Shown here: positions 32,287 to 43,751 of the stretch, one piece after another
Layout: each line of letters begins with the position of its first letter
Position numbering within the stretch: the first letter of the stretch is position 1
NCBI GenBank assembly: GCA_963727895.1
Contig: CAVSHT010000011.1
Location: 64,001 to 128,000 of the forward strand
Direction of reading: 5' to 3'
DNA from: an uncultured Methanosarcinaceae archaeon
Lineage (GTDB): Archaea > Halobacteriota > Methanosarcinia > Methanosarcinales > Methanosarcinaceae
Length of the DNA: 64,000 nucleotides
The notes under the pieces: generated by a model
Told to the model about the DNA's origin: nothing
Database searches by the model: none
Seen by the model: the letters and a program-made list of their open reading frames with translations, nothing else
Position numbers and translations under genes: made by a program

Positions 32287-33597
32287 TTAACCTATAATAC
32301 TCATGTCCGAAACTCGGATGGAGGGAGTGATTATTCCTCCTACTTTCCTAACATCAAATCCTGCCCCTGTGATCTGTTTCAAAAGTTCAAAGGCATTTCC
32401 TGAAATCATAAGGGATTTAATAGGCTTATCAAGAGCCCCATCTTTAATTGTGAAAGCATTTCTTGCTTCTATGGAAAAGTCTCCTGAAATTGAATTTGCC
32501 GTGTGAGCACCGATTACTGTATTTACGAAAACCCCAGATTTCGTATCAGCAATAACATCCATCTGAGGATAATCAATGATAAAGTTCCTGAGCCCTACAG
32601 AAGGGGCGCTTGTATAAAAAGACCTTGAACCATTTCCTGTACTCTTTATGCCTTCTTTTCCTGCAGTATAACTGTCATAAAGGTAAGTTTCAAGAACACC
32701 TTTCTCAATTACGGTAGTACGTTGTGAAGGAACACCTTCGTCATCCGATGCTGAAGTATCAATTCCTGCTTCAATAAGTCCGTCATCGTAGATATTGAGT
32801 TCCGGAACTGCCAGCTCTTCCCCGAGTTTTCCGATCAAACCAGATCTTCCTTTCTGGATATTATCCGCATCGATGGAAGGAGCAAAAGCTTCCTCAATAA
32901 TATCTGATAAAGCAAAGGGATGAAAAATTACATCAGTCTTTTGGGGTTCGACCTTTATTCCACCATTAGACTTAAGGGCAAGCTCAGATGCGTTCTTTCC
33001 TATTGAAAAGAAATCAATATCAAGAGAACGGGAAACTGCGAAGTCATAGGCCGTAGAAGTCTGTCCATTTACCGTAATTACATCTACAAAACCGGAAACT
33101 GCTGTGGATTCTTCCTCAATTTCTACACCATTGGTGTTCAGGATAAGTTGCTTACCTTTTGCTCTGGTAAAGCCACCAGACGTTGGGAGAGTGCCTGGAA
33201 CTTCTTTTGTGCCTTCTACAAGTGCAAGAGCGTACTCAATACAGGCTTCAAGTTCCAAAGACTCGACTTTTTTATCGAAAATACCTGAGACAGCTGGATA
33301 TTTCTCATTAGAAGGAAGACTTACCCAATCAGGGTCATTTTCCCTTACCTTTGCTTCAGAAACAGCAACTTCAACAGCGTTTTCTATTTGTGCTGCCGAA
33401 TTCGTACTTGCAAAACCAATAGCTCCGTTTACTACAGCTCGAATTCCGATACCTTCCGAAAAACGGTCTTTAGCGTTTTCTATGGCATCTTTTTTAAAGT
33501 TCACACCTGTAGAATGATTTGAAGCATAATAGATTTCGGCTTCTTCGGCCCCTGCTTTCTCTGCAAGCTTAAGGGCTTTCCTTGCAAGCTCATACAT
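32287..33597 (-). CDS. pmbA: TldD/PmbA family protein, PmbA-like (non-catalytic)
   Basis: DDEGVP, STGNG and N.ISGDFS motifs; no HExxH. Confidence 0.88.
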   Translation of the reverse strand: MYELARKALKLAEKAGAEEAEIYYASNHSTGVNFKKDAIENAKDRFSEGIGIRAVVNGAIGFASTNSAAQIENAVEVAVSEAKVRENDPDWVSLPSNEKYPAVSGIFDKKVESLELEACIEYALALVEGTKEVPGTLPTSGGFTRAKGKQLILNTNGVEIEEESTAVSGFVDVITVNGQTSTAYDFAVSRSLDIDFFSIGKNASELALKSNGGIKVEPQKTDVIFHPFALSDIIEEAFAPSIDADNIQKGRSGLIGKLGEELAVPELNIYDDGLIEAGIDTSASDDEGVPSQRTTVIEKGVLETYLYDSYTAGKEGIKSTGNGSRSFYTSAPSVGLRNFIIDYPQMDVIADTKSGVFVNTVIGAHTANSISGDFSIEARNAFTIKDGALDKPIKSLMISGNAFELLKQITGAGFDVRKVGGIITPSIRVSDMSIIG

Positions 33598-33599
33598 AT

Positions 33600-34955
33600 T
33601 CAGGCACCTCCAACAAGAGCTTTTGATACAGCGAGGTGAGGAGAACCATCAGATACAGAAACAAGTTGTCCTGCTTTTCCACATCTGCCTGCAGTCATTT
33701 TCAGGTCTTTACCCACAAGAGCCACATGATTGAGAATCTCAAGAGTTTTGCCAGAGAGAGAAACATCCCTTATAAGTTCGGTGAGTTCTCCATTCCTTAT
33801 CAGATACCCTTTTTCGGCATTGAACTGGAAAATCCCTTCTCCGGTATTCACCTGTCCTCCTCTGGACCCTATGAGATACATCCCATCTTTTACTTCTTCA
33901 AGCATTTCTTCAAACTTAGCATCCCCATTATCTATGAAAGTATTGCTCATCCTGACAACGGGCATGGAATATCCCTGAGCCCTGCAGTTTCCGGGAGTTC
34001 CTCCAAGTTTCGCTGCAGTTTCCCTTGAGTGCAGATAAGAATTAAAGACTCCGTTTTTGATTATTTCTGTCTTTCTTGATTGCGACCCTTCAGCATCAAA
34101 AGGATAGTATCCGAATTCATGTAGAGTAGGATCATCAATAATAGTAACGAGGGGTGATGCAATCTGTTCTCCTATCCTGTTCTCAAGAATAGAATCTCCT
34201 TCGAGAACGAGATCAGCTTCCGAAGCATGTCCAACAGCTTCATGGGCAAAGACACCAGCCAGTTCTTGATCAAGAATCACAGGCATTTCTCCACCCTTTG
34301 GAGTTTTCGCATTAAGGAGTTCAACTGCGGAATTTCCTGCCTTATTTCCGAGTTCCAGAACATTTTCTTTCTCAAAAAGCTCGTATCCGTACCCAAAACG
34401 ACTTTCTCTTCCTGCCTGATATATATCATTCTCCGAAGCGACTGCAGAGACTGCAAAACCGACGTTCAGAAGTTCATAAGCACATTCAATACCATCGGAA
34501 CTCCTGTATTCAACTTTAAACTCAGATTCCAGGTACATTACTCTGGTACTGCTGACACCTTTTACTTTTGCATTGGTTTCGATACTCTTTAAAAGGTCGA
34601 CTTTTTCCTCAATAGGCACATCTCTTGGGTCAATTTTGATTTCAGGAAGATTCTTTACTTCTGGATTATTTATAATCGCAATTTCTACGTCTTCCTTGGG
34701 GGTATTGGCATTCATAGAAAAAGCAAGTTTTGAAGCAGCCTCAACACCTTTTTTGAGATCTATATCTCCTTCTACAGAAGTATAGCCCCAGGAACCTCCA
34801 CAAAGAGCCCTTAAACCAGCTCCCTTTGTAAAGTTTCTGGATATTTCTTCAATCTTTCCGTTATCCAGGATAATAGAGGATGAACTACCCTCAATTACCC
34901 TGCAGTCATAAAATTTAATATCCTGCATAATGCCTGTCATGATTAATTCCTGCAC
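33600..34955 (-). CDS. tldD: TldD metalloprotease
   Basis: HEAVGHASEAD, RMSNT and G.CGK.GQ motifs. Confidence 0.92.
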   Translation of the reverse strand: MQELIMTGIMQDIKFYDCRVIEGSSSSIILDNGKIEEISRNFTKGAGLRALCGGSWGYTSVEGDIDLKKGVEAASKLAFSMNANTPKEDVEIAIINNPEVKNLPEIKIDPRDVPIEEKVDLLKSIETNAKVKGVSSTRVMYLESEFKVEYRSSDGIECAYELLNVGFAVSAVASENDIYQAGRESRFGYGYELFEKENVLELGNKAGNSAVELLNAKTPKGGEMPVILDQELAGVFAHEAVGHASEADLVLEGDSILENRIGEQIASPLVTIIDDPTLHEFGYYPFDAEGSQSRKTEIIKNGVFNSYLHSRETAAKLGGTPGNCRAQGYSMPVVRMSNTFIDNGDAKFEEMLEEVKDGMYLIGSRGGQVNTGEGIFQFNAEKGYLIRNGELTELIRDVSLSGKTLEILNHVALVGKDLKMTAGRCGKAGQLVSVSDGSPHLAVSKALVGGA

Positions 34956-37039
34956 CCAAAAAGATTCTTAGCCTGTACGGAATTGGGTGAAACCTCAGGA
35001 ATATCGAAGTTGAGCTTTGCAAGGTTTCGGAGTTTTTCAATAATAGAGTTCTTTCTTGGACCCACAAGGCTGTGTTCCATTACTTCCGCAATAGAGGAGA
35101 CAGGAATGATCTGAATTTTTTCCCTATATGCCTTTTCGATAAGGACATCTGCCTCGTTTGCCTTCGGGATAATGACTTTCTTAATTCCGGCCCGAGCTGC
35201 AGCCTCGATTTTATAGGTAACTCCGCCTACAGGCAGAACATCTCCCCGGACTGAAAGGGACCCTGTCATTGCCACGGTCTGATCCACAGGAATCTTTTCG
35301 ATGGCAGATATGACAGCTGTTGCAATGGAAACCGATGCACTGTCTCCTTCGACACCTTCATAGGTCCCCACAAACTGGATATGGACGTCATGTCTGGATA
35401 TGTCCGTACCTGTCATGTTCTTAATTACTGCAGAGACATTTAGCACTGCTTCCTTTGCAATCGTTTTAAGCTTACCTGTTGCTATAATACGCCCTTCGGA
35501 TCCGGAAAGTGCCGGGGTGACTTCGGATACTATAGGAAGTACAATTCCGGAATCTCCACCCATGACTGCAAGCCCGTTGACCCTACCCACAGCAGAACCA
35601 TCTTTTATGAAGGATTCATATTCCTTACGATGATCCAGGTAATTGTCTGCGAGCTGCTGTTCGATAGACCTTGCAATCTTCTTTGCTGCAAGTACATGTT
35701 CTGCAGTTGTGACTGAAGCGCCTTCGGAATGGGCAACGTCTCCTGCCACGCGTACAAGTCCACCAAGGTCACGAAGCTTCAGGGTAAGGTGTCCTTTTCT
35801 ACCTGCCCTTCTTCTGGCTTCCCTGATAACTTCTTCTACTGCGTTTTCATCAAAGTGAGGAATATGTCCATCTCTAACAACTTCCTGGGCAACAAAACGA
35901 ACCATTTTCTTACGGTTTTCAGGAGTATCTTCCATGGAATCCTGCATGTAGACTTCGTAACCATAACCCTTTATTCTGGACCTGAGTGCAGGATGCATTT
36001 TCTGCACAGCATCAAGGTTTCCTGCAGAAACCATAATAAAGTCACAAGGTACTGGCTCAGTTTTTACAAGTGCACCTGAACTTCTCTCAGACTGTCCAGT
36101 AATTGGATATTCCTTTTCCTGGAGAGCGGTCAGAAGACTCTGCTGAGACTCCAATCTGAGGGTATTGATTTCGTCAATAAAGAGCACACCTTTGTGGGCC
36201 TTGTGAATGTCTCCAGCTTCTACTCTGTCATGAGCAGGAGTCTCAAGTCCACCTGACTGGAATGGGTCGTGCCTTACATCCCCAAGCAGAGCTCCGGCAT
36301 GAGCTCCAGTTGCATCGATGTAGGGTGCGTGTTCTTTGTCATAATTTGAAACCGCCAATTTTGGAATCATCATTTCTTCTTTCGGCAAGAACTGGCGCGT
36401 TAACATGAGAATCATAATGCCTGCGATAATACCCCAGAGCAATTGACCAACAAAATAAGAGTAGATGACAATAGCCACAACAAAAAGCATCATGAGCATA
36501 TTTCTGGCCTGGGCTTTCTTCCTGGCCTCCATCTTGTGAGCCATGACGATTTCTCTACCCTTTCCTGCAGGAACCTCCCTTATTTTAGGGTTGTTCAGGT
36601 CTTCCATATTAGGATAGACGAGAATATCTTTAAGCTCTTCTTTAGGAAGAAGTTCTGCCATTGCTTTTGCAAGTAGAGATTTTCCTGTTCCGGGAGTTCC
36701 TATCATCATGATGTGCCGTCTCTGGCCAGCCGCTTTTTTTACTACTTCTACGGCATGCTCCTGACCCAGCACCTGGTCAATAAGAAGTTTGGGTACATCT
36801 ATATTAGAAGTATCTTCAAAAGAGAAGCCGATGTCAACATCATCGTCATCCGTGTCGCGATTGGACTCAGACTCGGCCATTTGATTGGATTCAGGCCCAG
36901 TCATACCCCTACTGGACTCGTCCTTCTCCTGATCGGCCGTAGACTTGTCTACTTCTTGGATTGACTCATCTGTATTTTGAACAGGTTCGTCTATCTTCCC
37001 AGCAGACACGTCTATGTTCTGATTATTATTATATACCAT
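34943..37039 (-). CDS. lonB: Membrane-anchored ATP-dependent protease LonB
   Basis: GTPGTGKS, TM hairpin inside the AAA domain, FIDEI, catalytic GDSAS and Lys in GGVTYK. Confidence 0.96.
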   Translation of the reverse strand: MVYNNNQNIDVSAGKIDEPVQNTDESIQEVDKSTADQEKDESSRGMTGPESNQMAESESNRDTDDDDVDIGFSFEDTSNIDVPKLLIDQVLGQEHAVEVVKKAAGQRRHIMMIGTPGTGKSLLAKAMAELLPKEELKDILVYPNMEDLNNPKIREVPAGKGREIVMAHKMEARKKAQARNMLMMLFVVAIVIYSYFVGQLLWGIIAGIMILMLTRQFLPKEEMMIPKLAVSNYDKEHAPYIDATGAHAGALLGDVRHDPFQSGGLETPAHDRVEAGDIHKAHKGVLFIDEINTLRLESQQSLLTALQEKEYPITGQSERSSGALVKTEPVPCDFIMVSAGNLDAVQKMHPALRSRIKGYGYEVYMQDSMEDTPENRKKMVRFVAQEVVRDGHIPHFDENAVEEVIREARRRAGRKGHLTLKLRDLGGLVRVAGDVAHSEGASVTTAEHVLAAKKIARSIEQQLADNYLDHRKEYESFIKDGSAVGRVNGLAVMGGDSGIVLPIVSEVTPALSGSEGRIIATGKLKTIAKEAVLNVSAVIKNMTGTDISRHDVHIQFVGTYEGVEGDSASVSIATAVISAIEKIPVDQTVAMTGSLSVRGDVLPVGGVTYKIEAAARAGIKKVIIPKANEADVLIEKAYREKIQIIPVSSIAEVMEHSLVGPRKNSIIEKLRNLAKLNFDIPEVSPNSVQAKNLFGCRN

Positions 37040-37564
37040 AGTTAGCTCACATATTAGGACGTTATTGAATAGACGTTACTGATCGATATATATACTTGAC
37101 GTTTTAGAAAAAATAACCAGATTAGTGATAAAGTGATTGGCAAAAGTTGGTGTCACAATAAAGAGTTTTTCAATATACTGTAACCCCTTCCATACTTTGG
37201 CTAATTATATAAACTTACAGTATATAAAATTAACCTACGCCACATATACAATATATAGAAACCTTTCGTTATATAGAAACTTTTCGTTATATACGATTTA
37301 ACTAAAATTCAATTTGATTTGGAAATGAAATAGAAAATAATTCAAAATCAATGTTCAATAAATAAATGTTTAATTATAGATTTGGCTATATTATGATATT
37401 TCTCCTATATATAAATTGAGCATTATTTACTGATTCAAAGTTAATTCAAAACCAACTAAAACCTGGATAGGAAAGTTCAAAACTGGTTTAGAGAGAATTT
37501 AAAGATGATTCCGGGCGGATACAGAGATGATTTAGAGATGCCTCTGAGAGGATACAAATATGGT

Positions 37565-37759
37565 TTAGAAATTACTTAGAAATTACTTAGAAATTATTTA
37601 GAAATTATTTAGAAATTACTTAGAAATTACTTAGAAATTACTTAGAAATTATTTAGAAATTACTTAGAAATTACTTAGAAATTACTTAGAAATTATTTAG
37701 AAATTACTTAGAAATTACTTAGAAATTACTTAGAAATTATTTAGAAATTATTTAGAAAT
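37565..37759. repeat. 11-bp tandem repeat (TTAGAAATTAY), 17 units plus a partial
   Basis: Counted directly; no spacers. Confidence 0.95.
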
Positions 37760-37909
37760 AATTATGATTGATAAGAAGATCGTTCAGACTGGTCAGAGAG
37801 AACATAGAGAAAAGTAAAATAGATTTTAAAGAAATGCCAAAACTTAATATTTGATACCCATAAACCGACATCGATAGCTATTTAAAAAAATAAGAGGCTT
37901 TTTTCTCTT

Positions 37910-38791
37910 ATGGCCAGAAGTAAGGTAAGAAATATTCTCCTTTTGAAGCAAATACACAGCGCAGTGTCCCAGATCAAGAAAGGTAACCTGGATAAAGCTC
38001 TTGAAACCTTAAAAAAAGCTGAAGATTCAGCAAGGAAAGCAAAAGCTACTGATGCCGTATATTATATTCTTTTTATGCGCGGAGGCATCTATTATACTGA
38101 GGCAAAATATGATGAAGCCCTCGAAACCTACGAAAAAGCGCTTGATGCAGGTTCAGAACTCCTTAAAACCAACCCTGAAAATACCGATTACCATCACTAC
38201 ATGGGCACAACCCTGAGTAATACAGGAAATCTTCTCAAAAGTAAAGGCAAAAAGCCGGAAGCTGTCGAATACTATATCCGTGCCCGTGAAATCTATGTAA
38301 ACCTCCTGGCAAAGGAACCTGAAAATGTAGTTTTCCGATCCGCTGCCGGCGAGAACCTGAATAACTATGCAGCTTTCCTTATGGACATGGGATCTTTTGA
38401 AGAAGCATGTGAAGTTCTCAAACAGGCGATTGAGCTTTATGAAAAGCTTCTCGAGGAAAAACCCGACAACCCCGGCTATCAGGCTGAACTCTCAGAGACA
38501 CTCAGCCAGCTCGGAAACTGCCTCATAAAACAGGGCTCAGAAAACTATGATACCGCAAAACAGAGCCTTGAAAGAGCCCTCAATATGCAGGAAAATATTA
38601 TCTCCCAGCAGCCAAACGATAAGAATATTAAAGAATCCATTGCTTTAACCCGAGAAAGACTCGAAAAATTGGAAGAGCTAGAAAAGTCGAAAAAGCTGGA
38701 AGAACATGAAGAATCAGAAAAACTGGAAGAGCTGGAAGAAATAGAAAAATCAGAAAAACTAGAAAAAACAGAAAAGCTGGAAAAACTTTGA
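37910..38791 (+). CDS. TPR protein with C-terminal EKLE low-complexity tail
   Basis: TPR motifs (A...YEKAL, TLSN.GNLL, LNNYA). Confidence 0.88.
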   Translation: MARSKVRNILLLKQIHSAVSQIKKGNLDKALETLKKAEDSARKAKATDAVYYILFMRGGIYYTEAKYDEALETYEKALDAGSELLKTNPENTDYHHYMGTTLSNTGNLLKSKGKKPEAVEYYIRAREIYVNLLAKEPENVVFRSAAGENLNNYAAFLMDMGSFEEACEVLKQAIELYEKLLEEKPDNPGYQAELSETLSQLGNCLIKQGSENYDTAKQSLERALNMQENIISQQPNDKNIKESIALTRERLEKLEELEKSKKLEEHEESEKLEELEEIEKSEKLEKTEKLEKL

Positions 38792-38807
38792 GTTAGAGGT
38801 TATTAAG

Positions 38808-39044
38808 TTAGAGATTATCTTTTGAAAAGAGCAGCATGTGTAGATAAAGTAAAATCAGCAGACCTGCAACGATCCCAGAGACGAACTGGAAAGTAAAGTA
38901 TGAATAAATGACCAGCACAAGCACAAAGAGGGTAATAAGAATGTTTGCAAGCCTTACTTTCCTTTTTATTTCAGGATCTTGCGGAGTCCCAGCTTCTTCT
39001 TCATCAAGATTACATTCCCTGAAGTAACTTCTTTCTCTTTTCAT
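38808..39044 (-). CDS. 78-aa two-TM protein homologous to the LonB membrane hairpin
   Basis: 21/48 ungapped identities to LonB residues 171-218 by hand alignment. Confidence 0.75.
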   Translation of the reverse strand: MKRERSYFRECNLDEEEAGTPQDPEIKRKVRLANILITLFVLVLVIYSYFTFQFVSGIVAGLLILLYLHMLLFSKDNL

Positions 39045-39530
39045 TAGGAAATAAAGCCTCAGAATAAGAATATCAATAACTATACCCCAAAAAAGCTGAC
39101 CTATATAAAAGGTATAAAAGAGGACGGCTGCAAGAAAGATACCAACAAGTATGAGATATAGTTTCTCTCGATTTCTAATTTCAGGAATCTCGATTTTATC
39201 CTTCCCCTGAGTCTCTATTTATTATTCATATTTTATTTTCCTATTTACATTATTTACCTTTTCCTAAATACTCTTTTTAGAAGTCAACAAACATCAAATT
39301 ATTCAAAAATATCTGTTTCAAGCGGTGAATAAATAAAATAATCTAATATCTAATTCCTAAATGCTGTAATCAGCCATCTGAGTCCGAATTTGCCCACGCG
39401 CCTGCAGCGCGGCTTTTCCCAGAATGTAAAGAAAGAAAAGCAAATCATCTCTTATTCGCACACTTTTTATTACCATCTTTATCGTAAAAGATCGCAATAT
39501 TTAAGCCATCCTAAATTTATTCTTTTATTT

Positions 39531-42328
39531 ATGTCCGAGAGTTTGAGAGATTCAGCAATAAATTACTTCAATGAAGCTTTAGAGCTAATGGTAAAAAATC
39601 AGAACAAGGAAGCCTTAGAAGTACTTGAAAAAGCTGAAGAAGCTGCATACCAGACAAAAGCAAATGACATTTTTCGTTATGTTCAGAGTTTAAAAGGACA
39701 TCTACTACAAACATTAGGAGAATATGAAGAAGCCCTGAATCTCCATTCTCTTGCCATAAAAGCTGCTGAAGAGCTTTTTGTAACAGATCCTGATAACGAA
39801 TTTTATCAGTCAATTATTCAAATGAACCTTGACGAAATTATTACTCTTGGAAACTTATTCTATAACACAGGACGTTTTCTTCAAGCAAAAAATTGCTATG
39901 AACTACATCTTTTAATCTCTCAAAAACTTCTTGAAAACGACCCCGAAAACGTAGCTTACCAATCATCTGTAGCAATGACACTAAACAATTTAGGAATTTT
40001 GCTTAAAAATATGGGGCGCATTGAAGAAGCGAAACAAAGGTACGAAAAAGCACTTGAAATTTACACCGAACCTATGCAATACCTGACAATAGGTAGAAAG
40101 TCTCATTCGATAATGAAACTTGTTGAGTTAAATACAGAACAGGCAAAAAAAGGCAATCAATATGATCAAATGAAATGCCTGAAAGAAGCAATCGAGCTAT
40201 GTAAAAGAAATCAGGATTTTTTTATAAAATATGAGCTGAAGCACGAAAGAGAGCTGGTTATTGGGTCAGAATTGAGTGCATATATTAGTTTTTTGCTCAA
40301 AAACATCAGAGCTGAGCCCGATACAGGAAAACGTGCAGATGAATATGAAAAAGCTATAAAAACAGTTGAAAAGCTAAAATCTGTTGAAGAAGATGAGGCT
40401 ATTTCAAAACTCTGTGATTCTATCTCATATTACCTTTCGGGAAGAAAACTTGTAAACGAAGCGCTTTCTTCAAAGCAGCCTGACTTGGAACGACTTAAAC
40501 AGGCAATGGAACAGTTCAAGAAAGCAACTGAAACGTATGAAAAAGCAAATGTTTGCTACTGCGTCTATACCGGTCTATTTGAAGTTATGAAGGAAATTGA
40601 AAAATCTGAAGAAGTAGATATACCAAAGTTGAAAAAGGTTGTAGAAGAAGTTACCCAAACTCTATCTGATGATGTCAACCCAAACATCTGCAATTCGTTT
40701 AAGGATCTCCCGCAGATCTTTGAAGAAAAAGACTATAAAACCAGAGATAAACTTCTTTTTGATTTTTTAGAAAAAATTAACTCAATTGAATATCGACCTC
40801 TTGAAAACCTTTTTGAGTATATCCACAAAAGAACAAAGGACTATATTGAGGAACCTTTCAGCCCTAATCTTTTTTACAACAACTGGAAGCTCAGAATTAG
40901 ATTTGATGCTGAAAAAATAAAAGGTAAATTGACCATAAAAACAGCAAATACCATTCTTTTCAACCGCGCACTGAGCAAAGAAGAAATCAAAGACAATGAA
41001 ATTGAAATTGATTATCTGGAAATAAGGTATATTCCCAGCGGTGAAGATACAATTATCTTTGAAACTCAACTCAGAAACCAGTGATAAGAGATCTTGATTA
41101 CTCAGAAACAATAAGCAAAAATAAAAAAGCTCGAATCTTTTTGCACGATTGCTGTAACGGTGTCTGTACTGCAGGGGAATTGAAAGTTGCAGCTGTGCAG
41201 TTAAGATACGATGTTTATGGTGAAGACTCAGCAGTAAAAATCCTGGAAAATGAAGCATATAAAAGAAAAGTAATGGCAATTCTTGAAGCTGTGAAAGGAG
41301 AAGCTTATATTGTCGTATTCCCTGAGTTTTCTATACCATTTGACTAATACCATTTGACTATCTTGAAGATGTACAGAAATATGCAAATGAAACTGGAATA
41401 ATTGTTTTTGCTGGTACACACTACGTTACAGACGAAAATCTTGAGAAATACGAAAAACTCTTCGCTTCTGAATTTACAGAAGAAGATTTCCGAAAGAACA
41501 TCTGTCCAATTGTAATTCCAAATTCAAAAATAATACACAGTGAAAAGATGTTTGGAGCAAAAGAAGAACGCGATCTATTTTTTCACAAAGGTATGAAAGC
41601 AGGGAAAAGTTAACCATATTTTCAAACTGCGGGATAACCTTAACCTTGGAGTTCTTATCTGCTTTGAATACATTACTAACGAACTTAGACACCGCCTGAT
41701 TTCGACCTGTGATGTAATTATTGTACCTCAGACAAATCCCCGTCCTGAAAGATTCTATGGTGTTGCAAAGAACGATCTGAATAGCCCTCTTTGTGCTGGA
41801 AATAAAACGTGCATAATGGCTAATGGTATTTTCAGAATAGGAAAAATGAAAAATGGTCAGTTTGAACCGAATAAAGATAAAATTGAGGGAGGATCATCCG
41901 GAGTTCTACTAACTCTCGACAAAGATACATATAAAATGCAGGATGAAGGAATAATTTCCCATGTTAAAGATCAAAAAGAGCAGTTTATTTTGCTGGCTAC
42001 CATAGATACCCAATTTTCCGCTTCAAAAGACTTGCAAACAGGACCAGAACCAATAAAAACATAGTTCATACATATCTTTGAAGAGAATGAAATACGTCTA
42101 ATTAAGGCTGAAAACATTAAAACAGAAGATGCAGAAGAATTTTTGACTTTAATAAGGAATATCAATGATTGTAAAGATCGAAAAGAAATTAAAAATTTAA
42201 TAGAAAAAAATAGCTCCCTGATTGAGAAATACTCACCGCTTATGCATGAAAATACTGAGAACCTGAATAATCTGGATTTTGAGGAAATAAAGGAAAAATG
42301 TCGATACATCTTTATTCCGATCAGCTAA
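39531..42328 (+). pseudogene. TPR + carbon-nitrogen hydrolase (nitrilase-fold) fusion, fragmented
   Basis: TPRs, then VAAVQL, VVFPEFS, HSEKM and GVLICFEY; breaks near 41070, 41333-41360 (14-bp duplication) and about 41608, plus TAG at 42062. Confidence 0.8.
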
Positions 42329-42529
42329 AGAATACAAAAATTTTTTTGGTTCATTTCCATTCCCATCCTGTAATTTTAAAAATTCACTTTCTTATAGGCC
42401 GCTCTCTTTCGTCGAGCGTGAAAAGCTCCATTAAAGACGCTACTATCCAGTTCCAGTTAATAAGCAATCAAAATACTGAAAAAAGGTAGAAAAATATTAT
42501 GTTAGCTAAAAAGTCCCGGCCTTGCCTTA

Positions 42530-42739
42530 TTATGTAAACAGGTCAAAAATATTTCCAAGCATGCTGCTGTCGGCTCGGTAGAATTCGGTATATTTGCAGC
42601 GCGTACAGGTAACATGGGTGAATTTTTTGTTCTGGACATCGAAAAGTTTGCTGAGAAAGCCGCCTATGGTGCGGATCTCGCCGATTTCATAGGTAGTGTT
42701 TCCGCATTTGGGGCAGATGAAATTAATATCTTTACTCAT
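42530..42739 (-). CDS. Zn-ribbon protein (DUF2082-like)
   Basis: CPKCG...GG.LSKLFDVQN..F..V.C..C.YTEFY. Confidence 0.85.
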   Translation of the reverse strand: MSKDINFICPKCGNTTYEIGEIRTIGGFLSKLFDVQNKKFTHVTCTRCKYTEFYRADSSMLGNIFDLFT

Positions 42740-42952
42740 TTTGTTGCCTCTTAATTCTGTAATTCTGTATTAGATTATATAAAAGTTGAGATACCTTTAC
42801 TATTGCGATAGTTAATAGTGTTGCACGAAATTAAAAAATTGACATGGTTGGAGAAAAAGACCGAATTTTCAGTTTGGAAGGGAAAAACTGGACAGAAAAA
42901 ATATTTGCAGGAAAGAGATATTAGAAAAGAGGATAATTACTGAGTAAGAACC

Positions 42953-43429
42953 ATGAAAACAAAACCAATAATTGTAATTGCCCTTCTCATTTCGGCTGCT
43001 TTACTGGCTGCTAGAATGGTTCCTGGAAACAGCGCCGACCAATTTCAAGAAGGAAAATACATTCACGTTGACAGTATAGAGATCCAGTTTGAAAAGACTG
43101 ATGCAGCTGTCAGTATAAACTATCACCTCAACCCCTTCGCTCAGGCATATGTACTCATGTTTGGCAGCAAGAATCTGGAGCCTAAGATCAAGGAGATTTT
43201 TTCGGGATTTCGTGAAGTAAAGATTCAACAAATCGGAAGATCAAGTGCTTCACTCCAGGTACTAAATATTTCTAGGGAAGAAGCCGGAAACTACCTGTGT
43301 GATTCCTATGAATTAGGAGTGCAGTCTGACGTCGTTACCTTTGTTTATCCTCCTAAAGGCAAGACAAGGAGTTATGAACATGTAAAAGTCACTCCGCCAG
43401 TTTTTTATGATTTAAATGATGGTATGTGA
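42953..43429 (+). CDS. Secreted hypothetical protein
   Basis: Signal peptide; 158-aa ORF with SD-like sequence upstream. Confidence 0.7.
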   Translation: MKTKPIIVIALLISAALLAARMVPGNSADQFQEGKYIHVDSIEIQFEKTDAAVSINYHLNPFAQAYVLMFGSKNLEPKIKEIFSGFREVKIQQIGRSSASLQVLNISREEAGNYLCDSYELGVQSDVVTFVYPPKGKTRSYEHVKVTPPVFYDLNDGM

Positions 43430-43751
43430 ATGTAAATGAAAATGTAATATAAACTATAAGTGATATATACTAACTTCTTGCATTTATTATTCATTTATTT
43501 GTGTTTTTTTACTTTTTTATAAATTCAATAACCTCATTTTCGTATTTCGATCCTTTCTCTTTCCTCTTTCTATCCGAACTGTTTTATTCAATGTATTAAT
43601 AAAATAAGAGATTTTCTTCCCATAAAAGAGTGAAATTCTCATAAAGAAAGTAAAATATCCTAATATGATAAATTAATTAAAAAGAATAACACAAAAAGAG
43701 AATCAAATTCGCACAGAAGGAATATATATTTAACTAGAAGCCTAATTTTCC

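Noticed and set aside
37565..37759. Possible CRISPR array
   Set aside because: 11-bp units are directly adjacent with no spacers, and there are no cas genes in the window.
39390..39530. N-terminal extension of the TPR ORF
   Set aside because: Non-protein-like sequence; MSESLRD at 39531 is the likelier start.
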